Shown here one piece after another: positions 52,033 to 64,000 of a stretch of DNA of 64,000 nucleotides; within the stretch, counting starts at the first letter, position 1; every line of letters begins with the position of its first letter. The stretch covers positions 2,294,001 through 2,358,000 of the forward strand of contig MU058444.1 of NCBI GenBank assembly GCA_013265495.1, given 5' to 3'. The DNA comes from Vicugna vicugna. Its lineage: Eukaryota. The notes under the pieces were generated by a model, which saw nothing but the letters and a program-made list of their open reading frames with translations, had not been told where the DNA came from and made no database searches. The position numbers and the translations under genes were made by a program.

Positions 52033-53289
52033 TACTCACATCCCCCACAATCCAGGGAAGGAGAAAAACCTAGTATAATTCACATTTCACGGGAAGGGAG
52101 ACCAGGCAGGACTCTCACCAGACTGAGTGAGGGGCCATGGCGTTTCCTCCAGTCCCTTTGTTCAGCACCTCTTCTACCACAAGAACATGATTTATCCTCA
52201 CTTACCTCATATTCTAAATGCAGTTGATCACACCTAATTCCTTGGCTGTTAGACAGTCTTAAAATCAGACACTGTGTGTAAAACATCTAACACAACACCT
52301 GCCCAGCACATGATACACAGTACATTTTTACAGCATTTCATTCTAAGAGAAAATGATAAACTGAAAACCAGGTTAAAAGTATTTACAACAGCAGTGATTA
52401 TAGGTGGTTATATTACAAAAAGTGTATCATTCTGAGGACTCAAAAAAATGTTTTCACCTCCCTTCACATCTCCTGTACACTGACGCCTAAAATCTCAGCA
52501 AAAACAAAATATATTCTTTCAGTTTAAAGCCTTTTATGTCTAAGCCACCTTCTTGCAGACAGAAAATAGTAAGTGCTATCAGTCATTCACACTTTAGTGT
52601 GAATAAGGTCATGAGCATAACTGCTGAGGGATATTTTGATAAAAGGAAGAGGTATCACAGAGGCTCCTACAGGTAAAGCAAAATTAACTCTTATTTCCCC
52701 TAGGGCCAGTCCTGAGTCTCAGAGACAGAGATTCAAGTAGCCAAATGAGTCTCTGTACTAAAAGAACGACAGCCTGGCCCTAATTGAGAGTACAGCTCAG
52801 GAGAATACTGCCTGGGTGGGGCAGAGGCTGTTCATTTAAATGTGATGATCGTCTCCTCAGCTTCCCTAGTGCAGACTTCAGGCTCTCACTCCCACTTCGC
52901 AGAGCCACAGAGACAGACAGCCTCATCCTCTCACCTGCCTTCCCAGTTCTCCAGGGAGAACACAGTCTTTCTTGGGATCTAATGGAGTCAGATCTGCTAC
53001 CAAACCCGGTGCCACAATGTCTGAACTTCTATTAGAGACTCACTCTGCAGGGTTCCTCGCCCTGTGACAGGCTTGTTAACTGCACAGACTTACTGAAGGG
53101 TTAATAAAATACATAAAGGCACCCTAAGCTATTAGTAAATTGGACAGTTTCCCCCCAGGTAAGAATGGTGTGGGTCACCTGAAAGCAATCAAAGCCAAGG
53201 GGAAAAGGCAGAAGACTGAAAAGGAGCAAGACCGTTCACAACCTTCTAAGTTCTCTGCCGAACTGCCGCGAAGCAGGCGACCCACAGGT

Positions 53290-53490
53290 CAGGACTTCGG
53301 TTCCCAGTTGGGCCACTTACTGATTTCGCGGCCCTGTGGCAAGTCCTAAGTCACAACTTCTTTGAACCCTGGATTTCTCGTCTAAGAATGGGAGTAACAC
53401 CTACCTCTCAGACTTGTTCTATAAAGGTAATATATCCAAGGGATTGAGGACCAAATCTAGCAAACAGAGGGACACTTTAAATGACAGCTA
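53290..53490 (+). mobile_element. MIR SINE
   Basis: gccacttact...gtcacaacttctttgaaccctggatttctcgtct...aatgggagtaacacctacctc. Confidence 0.6.
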
Positions 53491-53596
53491 TCATTTTAAA
53501 GAGCTGCCCCAAATCTGTCGACTGGGCAGAGAGTTCCTACAATCAGAGCTGCGCAGCCCTGGGCAAACTTCTAAGCCACTGGGAGCTTTTTAGTCC

Positions 53597-54664
53597 TTTT
53601 TTTAATTATTAAAGTATAGTTGATTTACAATGTTGTGTTAGTTTCTAGTGCACAGCATATACTTTCAGTTATACACATATATATTCTTCTTCATATTCTT
53701 TCTCATTATAGGTTATTACAAAATATTGAATATAGTTCTCTGCGTTATACAGTAGGACCTTGTTGTTTACGTATAGCAGTGTGTACCTGTTAATCCCCAG
53801 TTCCTAATTTATCCCTTCGTCTCTTCCCCTTTGATAACCATAAGTTGGTTTTCTGTCTGTGAGTCTGTTTCTGTTTTGTAGATAAATTCATTTGTGTCCT
53901 TTTTTTAGATTCCACATATAAATGATATCACATAATATTTATCTTTCTCTGTCTGACTTATTTCACTTAATATGATAATCTCTAAGTCCACGCATGTTGC
54001 TGCAAGGGGCATTATTTAATTCTTGTTTATGGCTAAGTAATATTCTATTGTATGTATACCACATCTTCTTTATCCAATCATCTTGGATAGTGCCACTATG
54101 AACACTGGGGTGCATGTATCTTTTTGAATTAGAGTTTTCTCCAAATATATGCCCAGGAGTGAGATTGCTGGATCATATGGTAACTCTATTTTTTAGTTTT
54201 TTAAAGAATCTCAATGCTGTTTTCTATAATGGCTGCACCAAATTACATTCTCACCAACAGTGTAGGAGGGTTCCCTTTTCTCTACATCCTCTCCAGCATT
54301 TATTGTTTGTGAACTATTTAATAATAATGTCCATTCTGACCGGAGTGAGGTAATACCTCACGGTAGTTTTGATTTGCATGTCTCTGATAATAGCAATGTT
54401 GAGCGTCTTTTCATGTGCCTGTTGGCCATCTGGATGTCTTCTTTGGAGATATCTCTATTTAGGTCTTCTGCCCATTTTTGGATTGGGTTGTTTGCTTTTT
54501 TATTTTTGAGTTGTGTGAGCTGTTTATATATTCTGGAACTTAAGCCCTTGTCAGTCACATCATTTGCAAATATTTTCTCCTATTCTGTAGGCTGTCTTTT
54601 CGTTTTGTTTATGGTTTCTTTTCCTGTGCAAAAGCTTATAAATCTGATTAGGTCCCATTTGCCA
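53597..54664 (-). mobile_element. Lineage L1 3' ~1.07 kb
   Basis: aagtatagttgatttacaatgttgtg...attaggtcccatttg; the minus-strand ORF ([13 protein letters not shown]...[12 protein letters not shown]) is the L1 ORF2 C-terminus. Confidence 0.93.
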
Positions 54665-54879
54665 ATCCTATCTTAATTCATAACTTAATTCAACTGGATT
54701 ACTAAAAGCATTAGAAGTGATGGACAGAAAGCACGTAGTAGGTATTGAAAGAACGAAAGCCATGCCGTTCTTACTCCAAGTCCATTCTCTCCCTGTCCCT
54801 CAGCGGTCTCTCCCCTACAGAGGCTTGGACTGAGTCTTTAAAAGCATCTCGGAGAATGTCATGCCCGCCCCCAAACCCT

Positions 54880-55232
54880 GCAGTGGCATCCTACTGCACC
54901 CCAAACCTGTGCCCTCACGATCTGTCTTTAGACTTTTGCTCAAATGTCACCTTTTTAAAGAAAGTTCTTCCCTGACAACTTTATACTGTAACATCACCCT
55001 CCCCCATCACTCCACACCTCCCAACCAGCCGTGAACTTCCCCATAGCTCTGATCACCACCTGACACACTGTATCCATATACGTTCATCTGTGTGTTGTTT
55101 GTCTCCCCTGCTGGAAAATACGCTCCAGGAGTCCAGGGGCTTTGTTTTATTCCTGGTTTAGTCACCAGTTCCTAGCCCAGGGACCAACCCAGAGCGTGTG
55201 CTCAGTAAATATTTGTGCAATGAAAAAAATGA
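54880..55232 (+). mobile_element. L2 3' fragment
   Basis: tgctcaaatgtcacctt...tgctcagtaaatatttgtg...aatgaa. Confidence 0.65.
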
Positions 55233-55718
55233 ACTCAATGGAATCTGCAAAAGCATTTGTACCGCCTACCACACAGTAAGTGCTCAGTAAACACCGACTG
55301 CCTTCAAAAAGTCCCGTCCCTTCTGACTTCTCCTCCTGCTCCCACCAATCAGTGCCTGTTTACTTGCCCTGAAGCTTGTCTTGGTTCAAAGCACAACAGA
55401 GTCTCACGACCCACAGCAGACGTTCCTGATCACACAGTGGAAGCGAAACCGTTCTCAGCAAGCTCACTGGGAGAACTAGAGACTCCGAGGTCAGACGCAG
55501 CCCAGAGGGCCGGCAGGGCACCGTGCGCCCCGCCCAGCCTCCCTACTCACCAGCCAGGTGACTGTGGACAGGCCACCGAACCACTCTGAGCTCTGGTTTC
55601 CTAATCTAGAAAGAGGATCTGCTTGCTAGGGCTGCTGTCAAGACTACGTGAGCTAATTAACACCCCCTGCCCAGCACAGAGCCCGGCTTACACAGGAAGC
55701 GCTTCAGAAAAGCCAGCC

Positions 55719-56175
55719 TAGAGAATGTCATACTAAGTGAAGTAAGCCAGAAAAAGAAAGAAAACCACCATATGAGATCGCTCATATGTGGAATCTAAAA
55801 AACAAAAACAAACAAACAACCAAAAACAAAGCATAAATACAGGACAGAAATGGACTCATGGACAGAGAATACAGACGTGCTGTCACGGGGGGGGCGGGGT
55901 AGAGGGTGGGAAGGGATAGACTGGGATTTCAAAATTGTAGAACAGATAAACAAGATTATACTGTATAGCACAGGGAAATATACACAAAATGTTATGATAA
56001 ATCACAGAGAAAAAAATGTGACAATGAGTGTGTATATGTCCATGTATGACTGAAAAATTGTACTGAACACTGGAATTAGACAAAACACTGTAAAATGATT
56101 ATGAATCAATAAAAATGTAAAAAAACAAAAACAAAAACAAAAAAAAACAAAAAAACAAACTAAAAAAAAAAAAAA
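55719..56175 (+). mobile_element. Young 5'-truncated L1 with a perfect 13-bp TSD
   Basis: AGAAAAGCCAGCC at 55706-55718 and 56176-56188; long A-rich tail. Confidence 0.95.
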
Positions 56176-57095
56176 AGAAAAGCCAGCCAAGTGTTATTAG
56201 CATGACTCAGCACCAGTAAAGATGCTGTTGACGTGGAAGGTCTGTGTGTCTTTACAACTTTTCTTGTAGGAAAAGAGAACCACTTATTTATGGTTATCTC
56301 TGGAGCTACAGAGAGCTAATGATGTTCCAACACAGTTTTTCATTGGATCTTAAGACAGGAAATAATGATAGTCCTTTGCTTATAAAAAGCAGCATTCTCA
56401 TTTCCAAAGGCATTTCTCACTTCCCTGGTATCCTGAAATGTCCACACCTCAGACCTTCTGGTCCTTCTTGCTCTAATAACAAGATGAATTTGCCTGGAGT
56501 CATGGAGATTGCACGTATTCTAGAAACAAACGTAAGACATCTGTGTTGCCTGCTTAACACTCCCATAAATTCCAGAGTCTATTATACAGGTTTTTTTCAT
56601 GTAAAATGTCTGGGTTTTCTAAACTAATTTAAAACATGGGGGAGTCAGTTCATTTGATAAAACATATAAGTACACATTTTTTAATGTATATAAACTAGAA
56701 ACTGACATATTATAACTGACTATACTTTAATTTCTTTAAAAAATATAGATATAAAAAATTTGAAATGTTTTAGCTATACTTGGCATATAAACAGAGAAGC
56801 AACACAGGACAGAAGAGAGAACGTTCAACCAGGAGGCCCTGTTTCCAGTTGTGAGTCTGAAAGTCACCGGGTACCTGATGTTTGGCCTCTCAGGTCACTT
56901 TCTGGGCCTCATTTCCTCCAAGTGACAATTCAGGCTGAATGATTTTTGAGGTCCATCAATTGTCCACAACTTCATTATTTCTAAAGTTTTTTCGTGCACA
57001 AGTTCCAGTATCTTTAATATCTTGTCCTCAAACTTACAAAGACCCTATTTATGTAACGTATTTATCCTGAATTAAGTTTAAAAGCTAATGAATTA

Positions 57096-57709
57096 TGAAA
57101 AGATACATGCACCCCAGTGTTCACAGCAGCACTATATACAATAGCCAAGACGTGGAAACAACCTAAATGTCCATTAGCAGATGACTGGATAAAGAAGTTG
57201 TGGTATATTTATACAATGGAATATTACTCAGTCATAAAGAAGAATAAAATCATGCCATTTGCAGCAACATGGATGGACATGGAGATTGTCATTCTAAGTG
57301 AGGTAAGCCAGAAAGAGAAATATATAATATAATACCACTCACATGTGGAATCTAGAAAAAGAAGAAAGAAGACACCAATGAACTCATCTACAAAACAGAA
57401 ACAGACCCACAGACATAATAAACTATCTCATGGCTACTTGGGGAAAAGGAGTGGGAAGGGATAAATCTGGGAGTTTGAGATTTGCAGATATTAACTACTA
57501 TATATAAAAACAGATAAACAAATTTTTTCTGTAAAGCACAGGAAACTATATTCAATATCTTGCAATAACCATAAATGAAAAAGAATATGAAAATGACTAT
57601 ATGTATGTATACACACTACTGGGACATGATGCTGTACACTAGAAATTGACACATTGTAACTGACTGTACATAAGCTAAAAAAAAAACAGAACACTGCAAA
57701 AAAAAAAAA
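57096..57709 (+). mobile_element. Lineage L1 3' end
   Basis: Encodes MFTAALYTIAKTWKQPKCP (ORF2 C-terminus); 3' UTR and polyA follow. Confidence 0.92.
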
Positions 57710-58624
57710 AGCTAAAATGGAAAATATCCTCTCCTAATCCCATAACTCATCCTCCCCTTTGGAAGTAAGTGCCTTTTGCAATATAACATTTTCAGCAAGT
57801 CTTTAATTCTCAAGAACAATAAATAAATAATAAATAAAACAGCTCAGCAACCACAACTGCTGTTTCATAACTTATCTTGATTTTTTTGGTATAAAAATAT
57901 TACATCAATATTTTCTCCACTTGGGGTTTTATGTTCAGCTCCAAAGTGTAACAAATATTGTGAAATTAGGAAGTGGATTTGGCTCAGCTTGAAATGACAA
58001 ATCTGTACTGAAATCTGAGATTTGAAAATAAGTGAGTCACGAAAGAACTTCTCAGTAGCCTATGTAAGCATGAGTTCAGCTGCGGGAAATGAAGGTCCTG
58101 TGTCATCTGCTGTAAGACTAAGAGATAAGCAGCAATGCCCACCCCCACCCACGTACTGCACAGCCCTAAGGAGAAATGAACCAGAAACGTACTAGATATG
58201 TAATACAAAGGGGATAAAAGTCATGTCCGGGCCCCCTGTCTGGGGGCGGGGGTCTACTTGGGCCCAGAAGCACAGCGGGAGCCAGGCTTTCCATGGCTAT
58301 AGGGATGGAGGCTAGAGCTTTGGGGGACACACAGCTGTGATCTGAGAGACCTATTCTGGGAACCTCCTGAGTCCTACAAAAACAAGACAAGGGCTTCTCA
58401 GATATACTGCAGCCTTGACATCCTAATATGCCTTCTCACTACACAATGCCTAAAATTACAGATAAAATAAACATAATGTAGTGTTTACTGCATCAGTGAA
58501 GTGGCAGGAAGGTGAGGTAACGCCCCAGAAGCCAGAGAGACAGGAAGTTAAAGCACAAACACAGAGGTGAACCCGCTCATCCCTGTGACCTAAAGCTTCA
58601 CCTTGATGGTCAAGCACCTGGGCG

Positions 58625-58900
58625 TGGAAGAGGGGAGAACAAATCTGACTCCACATTAGATCCGTTCCTTTGGTTCTAACCCTGGGCTCTGTTTCCTGTG
58701 CTGAGTCAGGCTGGTTCCGCACCTTTTGTAAAAGGATGTTGCCTAGAGCCTGAAAAAGACAGGAGAGCCCACGCTCAAGACTCTGATCTGTAAGGGTGTA
58801 ACACTTTTCCATCCATATAGAGGTAAAAAGCAGCAGAACAGAAAATAACACTTGTCTTGTTGGAGGTTTACAGCCATAACCTGACCATCTTCCCCAAGTC
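58625..58900 (+). mobile_element. Partial ERV1-type LTR
   Basis: aacaaatctgactccacattagatc...tgttgcctagagcctgaaa resembles laurasiatherian ERV1 LTR U3 starts as recalled; 3' part missing. Confidence 0.5.
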
Positions 58901-59036
58901 ACAATTCACATATGGCTAGTGAACATATGAAAAGATGTTTTTGGCATCACTAGTGACCAGAGTAAACCAAATCCAACCCACAATAACATATTACATATGT
59001 CCAATTGGCAAAAACTTTTACAGTGTAACACAACTC

Positions 59037-59490
59037 TATTACTAACGGCAAGTTTGTGTGCCCGCCGCACCAGGAGGCCAAACAAACTGGAACATGTAAG
59101 TTTGAAGCAGAGCGAGGTTTATTGCAGGGCCAAGTAAGGACAGGGTGGCTCATGCCTAAGAAAACTCTGAACTCCCCAAAGGATTTCAGCAAAGCACATT
59201 TAAAGGCCAGGTAAGGGAGGTGGGTCACAGGGTACGTGATCAGCTCGTGCACAATCCTCTGATTGATTGATGTGGAAGTAACAGGGCGGTCAACATCATC
59301 AACCCCCAGGCGCCAAAAGATTTCGATCATTAAGTAGTTAATTCCTTCCCTTTGGTGGTGGTTTTAAGGTCTGAAAAACTCAGGAAATATACATGAGATA
59401 CTATTATCTGGGTCCTTCAGAGAGGAGCTGCAGCAGAGGATGGGGAGGGTCCTGATCCTGGAAGGCCCCCCAGGGTCCTGCTCGGTTATA
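59037..59490 (-). mobile_element. ERV1-class solo LTR (454 bp) inserted in an old L1
   Basis: 4-bp TSD ACTC (59033-59036, 59491-59494); minus strand begins TATAACCGAGCAGGACCC; AATAAA at 59123-59118; old L1 sequence on both sides (about 58905-59036 and 59495-60050). Confidence 0.8.
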
Positions 59491-60452
59491 ACTCTGGGCT
59501 GAAAAAAACATGGCTCCTGGTGATTGCTTCTCTGTGGCGGATGCAAGTACTCTGAAGAAAGGTTTGGTGTTACTCCCTAACATTTAACTTCCATGTATAG
59601 GCTACGACCTAGCCATTCCGCCAAGAACATACCCAAGAAAAACTCATGCACGTGCAGAATCAGAGACCTGTCCATGAAAACCTGGAGCAGCCCTCAAACG
59701 AGTCCAGGTCTGGAAAGCAACACCCATTCACAAGCGAGTCTGAACAAACTATGGGACCTTCACACATGAACACCCTACAGTCACACGCAGTAGTATGGGT
59801 GAGTACCAGCAACGTACTCTTTGGTGCAAAAAAGGAAGTTCCAAATAATCAGATAAAGGAGGACCATCTTTTTTTATTAAGCTCAAATGACTAAAACTTT
59901 TCACTATAAACTTTTGAGGATGACATAGAGATGCAACAAAATCTGTGAGAAAGGGAAAAGAAGAATGATAAAGGTGTTTGGGAATGATGGTTACCTTGAG
60001 TGGGGAGTCAGGCAGCTGGGAGAGGGGGCCCACAGGGTCAGACATAGATAGGTCACTGCCAGGACCCGAGCCTTTGCTGTGATGGCGGGGGGGGGGAGCT
60101 GTGAGTGCTTACCGGGCTAATTCAACAATTAATTAAACCAGGCAGAGCACAAGCCAACGAGCATGGGTCAGATGGGTCAGCCGTCTTACTTTGCTTTTAT
60201 CCCAGTATCCCAGCTAAACCTCCAGTCAATCATTACTCCTTCGGTGTGGTATTTTACAGCTCAGAAAATCTTGTCAAAATAACCTCTCATTTAAGCCCTG
60301 TGACAATCCCATATGGCACACATTGCCACGGTTCTCATTCTGTATCAAAGAAAACTCAGAGCGATGAAGTTACGGTTCCAGTTGAAGTCTAAATATTAAA
60401 CCTCCAAATTCTCTACTCTTTCCTATGTGAGCCTAAAGAACGCCTGTCCTTA

Positions 60453-60589
60453 TTTTTTTTAATTTTTTGAGGGGGAGGTAATCAGGTTTTTATTTGTATT
60501 TATTTATCTTTAATGGAGTGACTGGGGATAGAACCCGGGACCTTGTGCATGCTAGGCACGCACACTTCCGCTGAGCTATACCCTCCCCC
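60453..60589 (-). mobile_element. tRNA-Ala-derived SINE (Vic-1-like)
   Basis: Reverse copy; TSD aacgcctgtcctt / aatgcctgtcctt. Confidence 0.9.
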
Positions 60590-61089
60590 AATGCCTGTCC
60601 TTTATAGTCCTTCCCACCACCCGCTTCAAATCATGTGATATTTAAGAGATAGGCAAGAAAAAATAAAATGAGTTCTCCAAATCACCAAAGGCAGATGTCC
60701 AAACTAAAACCCTAGAGAGAGAAGGTTCTTCGGAAGACCGGATCTGCTTCCTAACCACCCGAAGGAGCTCATCGTCACTGACACCATTTTCAGCTGCACA
60801 TCAATACCTCTGAACAAACTCTCACAGAGGTTCTAAGTGGACCCCAAGCCAGAGAGGCTGTCAGAGGTTCACAGGGTCCAGTCGCCCTTTCACAGGCTTT
60901 CTCCAGGCCACAGCAGACACATGTAATACATTTTTCCACTTAGTGTTTGAAAGGGCTTTATTATTTAAATAAATGTGGTTAAAATAATTTCTTGTAATTT
61001 TACACTTCATTTATATACAATTATATAAAAGTTGAATTGCAGCTGCCCAGAAATGATACACTTTGTATCATTTAATTAAAAGATCACTT

Positions 61090-61217
61090 AAAAAAAAAGT
61101 TGGGGGGGTAGGAAGTAATTAGGTTTACTTGTTTATTTATTTATTTTTTAAGGGAGGCACTGGGGATTGAACCCAGGACCTTGTGCATGCTAAGTACGTG
61201 CTCTATACCCTGCCCCT
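61090..61217 (-). mobile_element. tRNA-Ala-derived SINE (Vic-1-like) with a small A-box deletion
   Basis: Reverse copy; TSD aaagatcactt / aaggatcactt. Confidence 0.88.
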
Positions 61218-61921
61218 GCAAAGGATCACTTTTAAAGTTTAAGTTCCAAACTTCTTATTTTGGAATCAGTAATACACTTAGATCGGCCTTTGAGGAGCTC
61301 ACACTCCGAGCACTGACTGACTAGCATGTCTAGGGGATACACCCCGACCAGAAGCAAAGACTGCAGAGTATTCGTTTGGGTGGCAGAGGGCTGCCCACCC
61401 CCACCACCCAGGACCAGCCCCAGAGGTGCTGGATTCTCACCCTTCACACCGAGCATCCCTACCGCCCTTGGCTACTGCCCCAAGTCCAAACCAAGGCACC
61501 TGTCCTGTCAAAGATGATCGTCCTCCTGCTACCTGAGCCTCCCCCACCAATGCCCTCCAGGCCAACTTCTTGCAGGTGTCTTGCAGAACCTTCACGTCAC
61601 TGTCAACAAGCTCCACCCTCCTCAGAGATGGCCTGTCTTACCTTAATCACGTGCTCTATCACAGGTTATTACAAAATACCGGGCAGAATGCCTGTATTGC
61701 CAGAAAGCTTAAGTCTTAGCTGAAGCAGAACTTAACTGGGCTGAGCCCGCAGGTAAACCGGATAGTCCTGTTGTATACGGCATACAGTGTTTATTTACAT
61801 TTCTGTCCCCATGATGAGTAGATTTTCAAAAGCATACCAAGAAAGGTACTTTTAGGTATATAAAATACTATCTACCTTGGCAACTTGCCATGATAGCTCA
61901 GCCTGATTTTCCTTTACTTTC

Positions 61922-62110
61922 TTTTTTGCAATTGAAGTATAGTCATTTTACAATGTTGTGTCAATTTCTGGTGTACAGCATAATATACAGTCATATCATA
62001 TACATACATATATTCGTTTTCATACTCTTTTTGATTACAGGTTACTACAAGATATTGACAATTCCCTGTGCTACACAGTAAAAACTTGTTGGTTACCTAT
62101 TTTATATATA
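61922..62110 (-). mobile_element. L1 3' tail fragment
   Basis: attgaagtatagtcattttacaatgttgtgtc...ttccctgtgctacacagta. Confidence 0.85.
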
Positions 62111-63533
62111 GGGCTTTCCTTTTCTCCTTTCCTCCTCACCCTGATTTCTCACCTTACAACTTTCTTACTCCATGATGACTAAGCTGTGTCTATTCAGATA
62201 AAAAAAGAGATCAGAGATTTGTTATTTAAGATGTATTGTAATCCCACAATTCCCCAGGGCTGAGGTTTAGAACACAAAGCTCAGTCTCCTTCTAAGGGGG
62301 CATCATTCTTCTCATTAAAGTCAGAGTAGGGACAGGACTGCAATGAAGCGATGACTTTGCAAAGACAGTTTGAGTGTGTTTCTAAGGAAGCAGGTCTGTT
62401 CTGTTTTTCAACCTACCTGGCTCCACAATTAGTGAAAAAGACATTTTAAAATATCAGCTGATGAAATACTTATACAATGTCTAGTAACACAAAATACTCT
62501 CTTACTCAAAGTTATATACACCTAGGGAGATACAAAGAATCAGTGAAAATAACTAAGAACAAAAGGCAAACACTAAGCCACTCCCAGAAGAATCAGACGA
62601 TGCCTGACACCCTGCTGATTCATCTTCCACTCCGCCTCCATCTTCAGACCCAAAAGCTTATCTTTATTATATTAAAAAAAGAAGCATCCAGGTTTTTAGG
62701 AGCAGACCATGGGCCAGACAATTCTAAGACTCTCCAACCACACTCAGTCTTTTTCTCCTGAGGATAGACCATAACCACTCAAAAGGCAGATCAACAATTC
62801 GATATTTAATCCAAATGATATTTTTTATTGGTGAAAATCAAAAATGTCTATGATTTCTCAACAGTAGAAGAAATCAAGTCTTGTTCATACTTCAGTAAAT
62901 GAGAAGCTAATCTTCTGTTTCACAGAGACCAGGGCCAAGGGTGGGGGTGGGGGGACCACCCAACAAAAGGATGGAGAAGTTACCAAGAACGAATCCTAGC
63001 TAATGACTTTTCTGATTTCTCTTCTTTAAAACTCCAAAGAGCTGAAGAGCACGTGGAATTCCACTTTAAAATATATGTTCAAGTTAAATGTATAATTTTT
63101 GCCCTTCTGAACTCTTGAGACAAAGGTTTATGCTCAATAATGTTTAACCTTCTTGGAACGCAGGAGGAGAAAAGGCTGACAGTGCTATGTCACAGGTGCT
63201 TAGAGTTACAGTTCAAGGGACACAGTCACCCTGACAGCTAAGGAACAGGAGCACATTTACAACACTTACGCTGCCTATTTAAAAAGCAGCTTTTTTTTTT
63301 TTTTTTTGGCCGCAGCAGCAAGTTATACAGATTAATAGCATGAAAGCACACGTCCTGTAAGGACACCATTGCTTCTTAAAGATCCACACTTAGCTATCCA
63401 GTTTTAGTGAAGATTAACAGAGTTGGTTTTTGGTTTTTCAGCTTTTTTACATTTGGCAAAGCAGCTGAAAATTATAATCGATTCTCAATTATCCACGTCT
63501 ACCTCTAACAGGGCTTAGATAGAAATAAAACTC

Positions 63534-63610
63534 AGGAAGGAAAGAAGGAAGGAAGGAAGGAAGGAAGGAAGGAAGGAAGGAAGGAAGGAAGGAAGGAAGG
63601 AAGGAAGGAA
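63534..63610. repeat. (GGAA)n microsatellite, 16 perfect units at 63547-63610 plus degenerate units
   Basis: Directly visible. Confidence 0.97.
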
Positions 63611-64000
63611 ATTCACAGCTAATGATGGTTTCGAGCTGTCTTAAGCTTGTAACGAGCTAGAAATGTATCAGTTATCAGCTTACAGCCTTGTTTCGCAGCA
63701 GAGAAGTACCAGTGTGAGCAGCAGAATGAAAGCAATACTCTAGCTCTGGGAAACCACCTCCTGAGCAGAGTCCCATAATGGAATGTGATGTCAATATTAA
63801 AGATGAACTCAAATCGATCGGGCACCTCAGCAGCCTGCATTTCAGCCATCATCAAAATTTCATGAGCCCTGTGAGAAGGGACAAAGTGCCATTTGCTGGA
63901 ATAAAGTAACCCTGGGATGGAAGAACTCCACTTACTAAGGAAAACTGTCAGCCTAGGCATCCTCTGCGTTTCAGCAAGACAAAGTCACACTATGTGATGA

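Larger units (their letters stand above)
1..64000 (-). other. DST: Dystonin (BPAG1) gene, 5' region: large introns with alternative promoters and first exons
   Basis: Two minus-strand exons translate to peptides I recognise as dystonin N-termini. Both end in phase-1 GT donors suited to join the common (D)ERDKVQKK CH1 exon, which is not seen in the window. Full-window extent is inferred from known gene structure. Confidence 0.9.

Noticed and set aside
63619..63960. 113-aa minus-strand ORF as a possible upstream DST exon
   Set aside because: No resemblance to the dystonin isoform-2 N-terminus as I recall it, and no clear exon boundaries.

Overview
Mammalian genomic DNA, most likely a camelid (alpaca or camel), judged from 11 copies of a tRNA-Ala-derived SINE resembling the Tylopoda Vic-1 family. 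The window lies in the 5' region of the dystonin gene (DST/BPAG1) on the minus strand. Three coding pieces can be read directly. (i) An internal 208-nt exon (38823-38616, SSGNASYRCSMSSSADFSDEDD...AVLRIA). (ii) A putative alternative first exon whose only coding content is the ATG (38985-38983), splicing in frame onto that exon. (iii) The isoform-1 first coding exon (32633-32543, [30 protein letters not shown]) under a large CpG island. The shared calponin-homology exons and the isoform-2 transmembrane first exons were not found and presumably lie outside the window. The rest is intron containing L1, SINE, MIR, L2, LTR and DNA-transposon relics, a 38-bp minisatellite, microsatellites and one 54-N gap. 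I found no convincing wholly new biological system. The best leads are a uORF whose stop is created by splicing and overlaps the DST start (AUGA), a pre-miRNA-sized near-perfect hairpin, an orphan intronic CpG island, and two atypical L1 insertions. Gene and repeat-family names are from recall; no database search was run.
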